Assembly: GCF_009914755.1 (NCBI RefSeq)
Contig: NC_060940.1
Strand: one strand, 5' to 3'
DNA: 64,000 nucleotides
From: the human T2T-CHM13v2.0 reference genome, Homo sapiens
Under the pieces are notes generated by a model. The model saw only the letters and a list, made by a program, of their open reading frames with translations, had not been told where the DNA came from and did no database searches. This document shows positions 30,051 to 42,283 of the stretch, piece by piece; positions within the stretch are counted from its first letter, which is position 1; every line of letters starts with the position of its first letter. The position numbers and the translations under genes were made by a program.

Positions 30051-31509
30051 CTAATTGGCAATCTCAGTCTTATTCCTTTAAACATGCAAACCACCTAAAT
30101 TCCCAACAAACCCCCTACACCTGGCCAGCCAAGTCTCAGAATGCTTATATACCCTTTAATAGAAATTTTCAACCACCATCCCCATTTCCTAAGGAAATGG
30201 CTGTGTGCCCTCGAGCCTGCCTTGACTGAATCACCAGTGGCCTTTGAACCATGGCACTCAATTCATGGCATGGCCAGTGAGCTACAAAGTGTCCTAGCAT
30301 CGACCAAGCAAAGTTATAAAAGCAGATTCAGTGGACAATAAGGAACATTAGCTTTAGAGTCAAAAAGACCTGGGTTGGGTCCCAGCTCTGCCATTTACCA
30401 GCTGCGCGACATCAGAAAAGTTACCTTCATCCTCCAACTTTGGTTTCCTCACCTGTGACATGACAGTGGCTAGAGGACCTCATAGAATCACTGTGAGGAC
30501 AAGAGCAGCCAAGGGTAAGTCTTTGCACAGGGCCTCCCCGGTCATTATTGGGTCATCAAGACATAACCGTGCCTTATCTCCACTTCAAAAACCCAAACAG
30601 CTCTCAAAAATGAGTCATTGTAGCTCATTTGGAAGAAAAGACTGATATGAATCAATATGCAACTACCTATAATCTTTCTCTATCCCTCTTACTGTGAATA
30701 TTTGCTGTGGAAATATTAACATGTTTGGTCTCCACTGGGGTAGGACTCCACATGTGTAGGACTCCACTGGGGTGCTACACATACACATAGTAGATATGCC
30801 TTACCACCTTCCGAAAATTGGGTAATTAAATTTCACAACTTATCTAGCCCAAAGGTTTCAGAGACTGTAGACCTGTATCTTTATGAGGGCAAGGATGAGA
30901 ATATAACCTGGCCTGTTATTATGCACCAAGGTACCTGCTGTTCTCATGAAGATGTCAGCAGCCAGCCAGCCAGTCTCTACAAACTCCACCCCCAACCTCG
31001 CTATGCTCCTTTCCCTGGAACTTTCCAAGGGGCCCTTAGAATTTGCATTCAGCTCTCACAGGCTGAGACCAGGGTGACATCCTGGGAAACCTGCCTAGTG
31101 ATAGCCAAGGTGTAGCTCCAGATGAAAGGCACACAACAACTTTAAATATAAAAAAACCATTCAGGCTAGGCATAGTGGCTCACGTGTGTAATCCCAGCAC
31201 TTTAAGAGACCGAGGCAGGCGGATCACCTGAGGTCAGAAGTTCAAGACCAGGCTGGCCAACGTGGCAAAACCCTGTCTCTACAAAAAAATATAAAAATTA
31301 GCTTGGCATGGTGGCGCATACCTGTAATCCCAGCTACTCAGGAGGCTGAGGCACGAGAATCGCTTGAACCTGGGAAGCAGAGGTTGCAGTGAGCCAAGCT
31401 TGCACCACTACACTTCAGGCTGGGCAACAGAGTGAGACTCCGTCTCAAATAAATAAATAATAAAGCCATTCAACTAAAGAACCGATTATCAAGCAGAAGC
31501 ACAAAGCCC

Positions 31510-31790
<281 letters not shown>

Positions 31791-32268
31791 TCACTGGCTT
31801 CTTTAAGATTATCAAAGTTCCTCAATGTACTTCCAGTAAAGTGGGGGCATTTGATGTGAAATTCTAGTACCAAAAATTACTGGTTTTCATCATTGACAAC
31901 TGAGTCCTCATCACAGCCCACAACTCAGACATGCTTATCTAATGGATATTTCTCTCCCTTATGGCTTCTGACCTCTGAATGATGTATACTGAAAGCAAGT
32001 AGCATAACCAACTTCCTCTTGATCATCCTCTTCTAAATATCAAGTTTAAAAGGACTACAATACCTCTCAGTTGAAGCCCCAAGTCTTGGTCTTTTGCGGG
32101 AAGACAACCTTTGTGCCTTAGTTGTTTTCCCATATACAAAATTGGGAGGAAGGCTGGGTGTGGTGACTCACACCTGTAATCCAAGCACTTTGGGAAGCCG
32201 AGGTGGGTAGGTCACTTCAGGTCAAAAGTTCGAGACAAGCCTGACCAACATGGCAAAACCCCATCTCA

Positions 32269-32418
<150 letters not shown>

Positions 32419-32853
32419 CTAAGAGTCTGTCTCAAGAAAATAAAAATCGGGGGGGGGAGAAAACAGTGGGAAAAAGGACAGCTACCATTCAACAACAACA
32501 ACAACAACAAAAAAGCAGGACTGGAATTAACTTATACTCACAAAGAACTTTAAAGAACAAAATTGTAATCAAGGAATCAACTACTGACCCAAATTTTAAT
32601 TTTCCAACAAATTTATATTTGAGCCTCTAATAGAGTCTTTTGAAATTGCCTTGCAGGTGACCTTTTGGATGACAATCCCTAGCTGTGCTTATCTGTCTAT
32701 TATGTGTTAGATATTAAACATATCCTGCAATTTTAAATCTAAGGGTGCTGGAGTGAATCAAGTTCAAACAGAGTTTCTACTACATTATAACTGAAACAAT
32801 GTTAAGCAATTGCTACTCAGGAAAATCTTGAATTTCATCATCTTTGCTAATCA

Positions 32854-33033
<180 letters not shown>

Positions 33034-33822
33034 CTAGAATGACAGGGCTAGCATGCCCCTGTGGAAAGAGGGAGGAAAAGATGTCCTTCCAAGAATCATC
33101 CCCTTGATGAAGCTCCCACAGCGAAGGCATTATGTGTTGCCCCCCTCTACCTTCCCAGAGGAGTCCAATTAGCAGTCAATGCTCCATCAATCCTGGCTGA
33201 CTCACATCCACATGCCTAAAAGCTCTCAGTGGGTCAATCACAGCCTCCAGCAGTCAAGAGTTTCTGAATTAACATCCCAGATCCTGAGAAAGGTGACAAT
33301 CAGGGGGCCAGGGGCTGGGCCTGACTCCGTGCAGCTCCTCAAATCCTTCCGGGACCACTCTCCACCTGCTGCCCCTGCCATGAATGAGGCCAGTCACCCA
33401 GGCTGTCCTAACAACCAGCCCAGCACCCTAGGAAAATTCACCCAGCAGATGCCATACAAATTTTCAGAAATACTTAAGGCCACAATATCCCAGAGCTCAG
33501 GTCTAATGAGAAAGGGAGACAATAAACATAACAAAGCATTACAGCTGTTTCATGCTGCAGGAGCGGGAGATGAGGAGGGCACAGACAGTGTGTATACGAG
33601 TAGCTCCCACCTCTCTGGATGCTTACTTCTGCAGGGTTCAAGGATTTGCATTAGGAAACCCTGAGAGGTGATCTGGTGCAGCTCTCCCCATCTTCAGCAA
33701 GGTGAAAGGAACATCTATAAATAGGAATGTGGCCTTTGAGTGTTGGCCAGAAGCCCAGCTCAGCCACTCACAGGTGGCATGTGCGGAATACAGACCCAGA
33801 GTTATCTGATTCCAATGCCTCA

Positions 33823-34083
<261 letters not shown>

Positions 34084-36426
34084 TTAAAAATTAGGCCAGG
34101 CACGGAGGCTCACGCCTGTAATCCCAGCACTTTGGGAGGCCAAGGCGGGCAAATCACCTGAGGTCAGAAGTTTGAGATCAGCCTGGCTAACATGGTGAAA
34201 CCCCGTCTCTACTAAAAATACAAAATTAGCCAGGTGTGGTAGTGCATGCCTGTAATCCCAGCTACTCAGGAGGCTGAGGCAGGAGAACCACTTGAATTCG
34301 AGAGGTGGAGGTTGCAGTAAGACAGGATCACACCACTGCACTCCAGCCTGGACAAAAGACTATGACTCTGTCTCAAAAAAAAAAAAAAAAATTAAATTAG
34401 CCAGACATGGTGGCATGCACCTGTAGTCTCAGCTACTTGGGAGGCTGGGGCAGGAGGATCACTTGAGCCTGAAAGTCATGGTGCAGTGATCATGCCGCTG
34501 CACTCCAGCCTAGATGAGACAGCAAGACCCTGAGGAAGGAAGAAAGGAAAGAAGCAAGGAATTTAAAAGGGGGGGGATGAAAGAGGGGAGGGGGAAGGAA
34601 GGAGGAAGAAAGAAAGAAGGAAAGAAGGACCAGGCACAGTGGCTCACGCCTGTAATCCCAGCACTTTGGGAGGCCAAGGCAGGGCAGATCACTTGAGGTC
34701 ACTCTGTTTTGAGTTTCTCAGTGTAGCTCTCCATTGCCATTTGACAGCAGCAAGCTCATCTGGATTCCTCTCCGCACCCTCTCACAACCTTACTTAGGAT
34801 CTCAATTATCTTGCAGAGTCACTCTCAAAAGTCCATCTCTTGGAAGCCCTTCAGTGAAGCCAAACAGAGTGGTCACAAGCCTAATCAGGCTTATATTTAA
34901 AACAAGTAATCAGGTCAGGCACAGTGGCTCATGCCTGGAATCCCAGCACTTTGGGAGGTCAAGGTGGGTGGATCACCTGAGGTCAAGAGTTCGAGACTAG
35001 TCTGACCAACATGGTGAAACCCCATCTCTACTAAAAATACAAAAATGAGCTGGGCATGTGGCAGGCACCTGTAATCCCAGCCACTTGGGAGTCTGATGCA
35101 GGAGAATCACTTGAACTCAGAGGTGGAGGTCGCAGTGAGCTGAGATCACACCATTGCACTCCAGCCTGGTAGACAAAAGTGAGACTCCATCTCAAAAAAG
35201 GCAATAAATAAATAAACATTGATTTTCTTCATGATGTCTACAATTATTCCAAAATATTAAATTAGCCAGGAACAGTGGCTCGTGCCTATTATCCAAGCAC
35301 TTCGTGAGGCTGAGGTGGGAGGATCCCTTAAGTCCAGGAGGTCGAGGCTGCAGTGAGCTGTAATTGCACCAGTGCACTCCAGTTTAGGCAACAGAAGAAG
35401 TCCTTGTCTCCAACAATAAATAAAATAAAAATTAAATTATGACATCCCTTGAAAGTAAACAGAAGAAATCCTCTATTTCAGGCAGTAAATACGAGGCAGA
35501 CAGTAGATGTAAGGGATGCTCCCAAAACTGGGCACTCTGTTAATGACAAAACAGAGACCAGAATCCACATTCCCAACACTCAGTCCAGCGCCAGAACCAC
35601 AAAACCATTTGGTTTTTGCGAAAACACTGAATTTTCCCAAAATAAAACCCAAACTATCACTAACAGATGTTTTAGATGGTCAGTCTTCATCTTTGTCTTC
35701 ATTCAATGCTCATTCCTCCTTTTACTGCAAAAACAAAAGGTGGCTAAAAGAGTATTCCAGGGAGATTCTGCAACGGAGTTGAACTTCACCTTCTCCTTGG
35801 TTGTTAATAAGTTTTCTTTGAGACAAAGAAGTACAAGAAAAATAGGCTATGCTTGCTCATAAATTTCAGGCAGATGCAAACCCTGTTCCCAGGCTCAACT
35901 GGCCAGCTCTGTGTTTTTGCTAGAGATGAACACAGCTCCTGTACCTCTACATTTAGACCCAAGAGTTTCCCTATTAGGACACATGAAAAGAGCCAAAAGA
36001 CATGGTTCTCTTTTTCATCAAAATTAAAATCCCCACATGCAAAGGCACCCTTTGTTTCCAAACCCCTTTCCTCTAGGGTCCTGCTGTTTCAAATCTGTGT
36101 GGTCTATTAAATGCTAAATCATCTGACAGATTTCTTCTGGGGAGACTATAGTTTCCAGGGCAACATCCAAAACACATATATCTGTCTTTTTTTTTTCTTA
36201 AGTTTTTGTTGTTCAACCTGAGCTGGCCTGAGCAAAACTGTTAGGTGTAGAGGATTAGAACAGAGAATGGGGACAGTCTTCCCAGAGTCCCAGAAGTACG
36301 GGGCTGAGGCTGGATTTCCCAAGGAGTTCCTGGACCAGTAATCCCCAGAGAAACAGCATTTAGCTCAAGTAACAGCCTCTAGCTCAAGCTACCAGTTCTG
36401 TCCCCCATCTCCACAGAAAACGGATT

Positions 36427-36792
36427 GATACAGTTTGGCTTTGTGTCCCTATGCAAATCTCATCTCAAATTGTAATCCCCAGGTGTTGAGAAAGGGACCT
36501 GTTGAGAGGTGATTGGCTCATGGGGGCAGTTCCCCCCAGGCTATTCTCGTGATAGTGAGTGAGTTCTCACGAGATCTGACAGTTTCATAAGAGGCTCTTC
36601 ACCCTTCACTTCCTTCACAAGCTCTCTCACCTGCTGCCATTAAGACATGCCTTCTTCCCCTTCCACCATGATTGTAAGTTTCCTGAGGCCTCCCAAGCCA
36701 TGTGGAGCTGTGAGTCAGTTAAAGCTCTTTTCTCTATAAATTACCCAGTCTTGGGCAGTTCTTTATAGCAGTGTGAGAACAGACTAATACAC
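36427..36792. mobile_element. MSTA-type MaLR solo LTR
   Basis: tgatacagtttggctttgtgtcc...aaatctcatctcaaattgtaatcccc...agcagtgtgagaacagactaataca. Confidence 0.8.
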
Positions 36793-37434
36793 AGACCAAA
36801 AGAAAATTAATAGAAAGGGGCATGGCTGTGCTGAATGGAACTGCTCGTTACAGAAGACCAGACATCTATCAGAAAAACCTGCCCAATGCCGTAGCTAATT
36901 CCAAAACTGAAGATTAACCCAGCAAAGCCACAATGTACTTCCAACTCTTGGCGGTTCCAAATGAGGTCAGCATTTAATAATGGCAGCCCCTAACCCTAGC
37001 AGGAGCACAGCAGTAACACAGATGAAAGGTGCAGGTGACGGCCTTCACTAAGGACACATTTACTCATCTGAATGAACAAGCAGTGGGACCCTTTATACCC
37101 AGTCACTTGGGCTTGAGAAATAGCTGGATTCTCCCCAGGGAGGCTGCCCTCCTCCCCCAGTTCCCTGATTTAAGGTTGAAGATGGCTGGAATGCACCCCA
37201 CCTATGAAGAACAGTGGACATGGCTGGGGGTAGAGCCAGAACAAGACCTCAAAAGGACACAGGCCAAACTGGAGACTCGGGGCAGCCAGGTGGAACCAGA
37301 ACAGGACATAAAGTGAGCTTGTACATCCAACAGCCATGAGTAACATCAAAAAGGTTGTAGCCTGGCCAACACGGCAAAACCCCATCTCTACAAAAAATAC
37401 AAAAAGTAGCTGGGCGTGGTAGCATGCACCTTTA

Positions 37435-37632
<198 letters not shown>

Positions 37633-37729
37633 TCAACAAAGTAAATATGTTTCTGTCCTCTGTCTCATGTCTCTCAGGCAGCAGGGCTTCCCATGTATTT
37701 TATGCTAGCAGGCACTGTCCCACACCCAC

Positions 37730-37814
37730 CTGAAACCATGGTGTCTTAAGGCTTCTTCTGTCGTAAAACATGCCTTTGGATCCACTACCAACAACTTTTT
37801 GACAAGGTCCAGAG
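37730..37814 (-). pseudogene. CHEK2: CHEK2 pseudogene exon 13 paralog (85 nt, 1-nt deletion)
   Basis: [24 protein letters not shown], then CACCATGGTTTCAG, which is 1 nt shorter than CAC CCG TGG CTT CAG (HPWLQ). AG/GT intact. Confidence 0.93.
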
Positions 37815-38822
37815 CTAAAGCAACAATTGGGCAAATCACAGTGAAAAGTATAAATATATTATCAGTAACAGTATGCCAGAATTAACAGGCCACCATCCAG
37901 AAAGAGCAGAGAGGGTCTGAGATCATCAGGGAGTCAGCAGACAGGGTCCCCTAATCTTCCTCATTCTCTGTATTCAGAGTACTGTGAGAAGACCAGGAAT
38001 GACAATGACACTCGCTGTCTCCTGCTGCTGGGACATCAGTCACTACCTCTTCGTTGCCTGTTCCCTCTCTTGTTGCTAGACTCAAGGTCAAACTAATTAA
38101 AGCTAAACTTCTACCCAATTCTAAGATAACTGGGATGCACAGCAAACTCTCCCTGACATCTACAGATGGATGGGTGACAGTTACTCAGCCAGGGAGAGGC
38201 TCCCTGGAACTGCAGACTTGTCAGAAATAAAACTTGACTACTCCAGCAAGCAACAAATGCACGCTGGCCTGTATATTACAACATTATTATTCCTTAAATA
38301 TTCTGACATTTAACACAATCACCTATGTTATGTTATTTGACATTTAATTTTCTACTTTCTCTTCAGGGAACTAAAGTTGCCAGGATAAATTATAAAATAT
38401 AAGGTAACTAAAGACATCTAGTTTTTACACGCTTGCTTACTCAAAGGAAACCTTGTAACTAAAAAGTTACAAGTGCATTTATTTTGCTCATTAAAATAGG
38501 TACCAGGCACTTGTGTACATTATCCCTAACCCTCAAAAAACCTTTTAAGGTAGGGATTATTGAGGGTCCCTTTACACAGAAAGAAATTGGAGACAGAGGT
38601 TAAATAACTTGCCTAAGACCACACAGCTAAGTAGTAGCAGACCCAGGACCTGAGTGCATGTTCTTAATAATTTCCAGTGCCTCTCAAATGGTGTGAAACT
38701 AACGATAGAAAATAAGAACAGAATTGACAGGAGAAAACACCATGGAATTTGGAGAGAAACTCCCACCACAGGACACACACATTTTAGAATACCACAAATT
38801 CTTAACTCTTTCACATTTATAC

Positions 38823-38938
38823 CTTTCTCTGAGACTTCTGCCCAGACTTTAGGAATGAAGTTGTGTTTTCCACTGGTGATCTGATCCTTCAGTGACACTT
38901 GAGTCCTATGCTCAGAGAAAGGTGGATACCCACTAAGG
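38823..38938 (-). pseudogene. CHEK2: CHEK2 pseudogene exon 12 paralog (116 nt)
   Basis: [38 protein letters not shown] (visible inside track ORF 38572..38994). AG/GT intact. Confidence 0.95.
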
Positions 38939-39405
38939 CTTAATAATGGTAGAGAGAGAAAGGAAAAGAAATCAAGTGGCATTCTCAGTGGCATTCAGAT
39001 ATAAAGATTTCTTTTTCAGCATAATGAAAAGTCTGATTTTTCTTTAAATCAATGGTCAAAAAGTGAGCTAGGCTGGGCACAATGGCTCATGCTTGTAATC
39101 CCAGTACTTTGGGAGGCCGAGGCAAGAGGATCACTTGAGCCCAGGAGTTCAAGACCAGCCTGGGCAACATGGCAAAACCCCATCACTACAAAAAATAGAA
39201 AAATTAGCTGGGCATGGTGGTGTGCGCATGTAGTCCCAGCTACTCGGGAGGCTGAGGTGGGAGGATCACTTGACCCAGGAGGCAGAGGCTACAGTTAGCC
39301 AAGATCAAGCCACTGCATGCCAGCCTGGACAACAGAGCAAGACACATTTGTGACTTCATCTAATCACCTCCTACCAGTCTGTGAAGCAATGAAAATATTT
39401 CTTAC

Positions 39406-39543
39406 CAGATAAAAAGAATAACTCCTAAAACCCAGCAGTCCAACACAAACAAGAACTTCAGGAGCCAAGCAGGTGGGGGTTCCACATAAGGTTCTCATGA
39501 GAGAGGTCTCTCCCAAAATCTCAGAGTGCCCAAAATCAGTAAT
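39406..39543 (-). pseudogene. CHEK2: CHEK2 pseudogene exon 11 paralog (kinase DFG/activation loop/APE; 138 nt, 26-nt deletion)
   Basis: [34 protein letters not shown], then out of frame. Acceptor ttttag and donor GTAAG intact. Confidence 0.95.
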
Positions 39544-40079
39544 CTAAAATTCAGTACAAAAGGGAATAATGTTGAACTTGTCATAAAATAAAAAGATTAA
39601 CATAGTCTGCCAGTCCAAGAAGGCACGTAGGCTAGATCAGTTTCTATTGTACAATTCACACCTGCCATTAATCTGGAATCTACAGATTCATGTCTTTGCA
39701 AGTTAAGACATTTAACTTTGCTTAAATTAAAATTCCTGAGCCTAGGAATCTCAACACTCAGGTTTTCCAACTTAACCCATGTCCTCTGTAATCTTAAAAA
39801 AAGCTTATTACCTTTATCACAGACACTTCAGGATTCTAATTAGTTCTACATGGTTCTTAGACCCCACTGTCTCAAACATGGCTGCGCTATGGAATACCTG
39901 TGGAGCTTGGAAAAACATGCTTATACCTGAGTGCCACTCTCAGCTTCTGAGGTAAAGCCTGGGTATCATAAATCCTAACAAGAGATTCTAAAGTGATGCC
40001 AGGCTTGATAAACAGGGAAAGGCAGGGCATGTGATTACACTCATTCATTCATTCACCTATTCTGCTCAAAGGGAGACAG

Positions 40080-40190
40080 TGTCCCCAAGGTCTGTGCTGA
40101 GAAGAAAGCTGCTCTGCCTTCGAGGTGTACCCCAGGTCTGTGCTGAGCAGAACGCAGCTCCGCCCTCGCGGTGCCCCCGGCCCGCCCGCC
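40080..40190. repeat. TAR1 (telomere-associated repeat) fragment
   Basis: Two ~46-bp units ggtctgtgctgag(a/c)agaa..gctc(t/c)gcc(t/c)tcg(a/c)ggtg, followed by cccccggcccgcccgcc. Typical of human subtelomeric TAR1. Confidence 0.8.
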
Positions 40191-40420
40191 TTTAGGTCTC
40201 ACTGCAACCCCTATCTCCCAGGTTCAAGCCTCAGCCTTCTGCATAGCTGGGACTACAAGCGTGCGCCACCACACCCAGCTAGTTTTTGTGTTTTTTATTA
40301 GAGACAGAGTTTCACTATATGTTGGCTAGGCTGGTCTCGAACTCCTGACCTCAGCTGATCCACCTGCTTCGGCCTCCCAAAGTGCTGGGATTACAGATGT
40401 GAACCACCACGCCTGACCCG
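40191..40420 (-). mobile_element. Alu truncated at the TAR1 junction
   Basis: The antisense Alu begins abruptly at ctcactgcaacc with no T-tail. Confidence 0.8.
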
Positions 40421-40760
40421 AATCATTCATTTCTTTTCAAGTGGATATCTTACGGTATTTTAGGGCATGGCTAGGAGCAGTTTTGTTTTCTCTTCTCAAG
40501 ACAGAGTTTTTGTAGGATGTCATAGAGTTCATGTCTGCAGCTCACAGTGTCATTGCCTGTGTCCCCAGCTCCACGTACTGGCAGGTGTGCTGCAAGCTGG
40601 GCAGGTGCTCTGTGTCCGTGGGATACCTTACCCGACACTCCCGGCCCTCCTCTGCAAGCCGTGCCCTGATCCTCCCTGCAGGGACTGGGGATTGGGTCTG
40701 CTCACCCAGAAGCTGGGATACCTGGCTGAGGGCACTTCTCTCCCTCTTCTCTTTGAACAG

Positions 40761-40889
40761 AGTGGCCGCAAACCCAAAGGTGCGGGAGCAAATGCGGCTG
40801 GAGCTGAGCTTCGTCAACTCAGACCTGCAGATGCTCAAGGAAGAGCTGGAGGGGCTGAACATCTCGGTGGGCGTCTATCAGAACACAGA
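40761..40889 (+). pseudogene. RHPN2: RHPN2 (rhophilin-2) pseudogene exon 3 paralog (end of HR1/REM-1 domain)
   Basis: [43 protein letters not shown], versus RHPN2 [43 protein letters not shown]. Acceptor gaacag, donor GTAAGT. Confidence 0.93.
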
Positions 40890-41971
40890 GTAAGTGGGAG
40901 CAGCACACCTTCCAGAAGCCTCTGAGCCAGAGATCCTTCATACATCCAGGGTATGAAGAGGTACCTGGGTACGAACCCTATCTGCACAGAGGCTAGATAG
41001 GGTTCTAGACTGGGGTGTGGCAGCCTCAACTTTGGGAAGTGAGAGAACCATCAGGTTTGGGGTTGAGTGAGGTGCTAGACTGGAAGGGATGAGCCCATTT
41101 GTTGGGAAATATCTGCAGTGTTGAACAAAAAGGCATTTGTGAGGCCGGGCACAGTGGCTCACTCCCATAATCCCAACACTTTGGGAGGCTGAGGCATGTG
41201 GATCACCTGAGGTCAGGAGTTCGAGACCAGTCTGGCCAACATGGTGAAACCCCGTCTCTACTAAAAATAAAAAAAATAGCCGGACATGGTGGTGCACACT
41301 TGTAATCCTGGCTTCTCAGAGGCTGAGGCAGAATTGCTTGAACCCGGGAGCTGGACGTTTCAGTGAGCCGAGATCACACTACTGTACTCCAGCCCGGCTG
41401 ACAGAGCAAGACTCTGTCTCAAAACAGACAAACAGACAAAAAAAAAGACAAAAACAAATGAAGACAGTATAAAATCTAGTGTAAATATATGTGATGAACC
41501 AAGATAAGTTTAAAAGTTAGATGCCTTGGATTTTATAGTTAATTTTCAGTAATTCCGCATAGTCACATTTCATAGACATGCAAACATTAGCAAGATATGT
41601 TATTAAATTCAACTGAACAGACATTGAGCAAGGATATTTTAGTGAGTCACCATAATTTTCCTAAGAAACATTAAAGGGACATTGTTAGGACAATACCTTT
41701 CCAATGTTGGCTAATTATTTTCTCATTTATTTGCCAAGGAACAAAAAGCATATGCAAATACTTCGGGATTAAGGCCAAAGGCCAAAATTGACCCTGTAAG
41801 GGGAGGCCACTATGCACACACAGAGATTCTGTGCACTGTACTTACGTTGGACTGCAGTCTGTTTCCTAGCTGGAGGTGACAAACTGAAACAGAAAAATCC
41901 AAATTAAAACAAAGTAACACACCAGTCTCCTTTTAAGGTTGTATTTCTTTTTTTTTTTTTTTTTTTTTTGA

Positions 41972-42079
<108 letters not shown>

Positions 42080-42118
42080 TAGCTGGGATTGCAGGTGTGC
42101 ACCATCACACTTGGCTAA

Positions 42119-42283
<165 letters not shown>

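Noticed and set aside
37730-39543. The 26-nt and 1-nt CHEK2 deletions sum to 27 nt and might restore the frame
   Set aside because: The shifted frame hits TAG (38935-38933) at the second codon of exon 12, and the kinase N-lobe exons are absent anyway.
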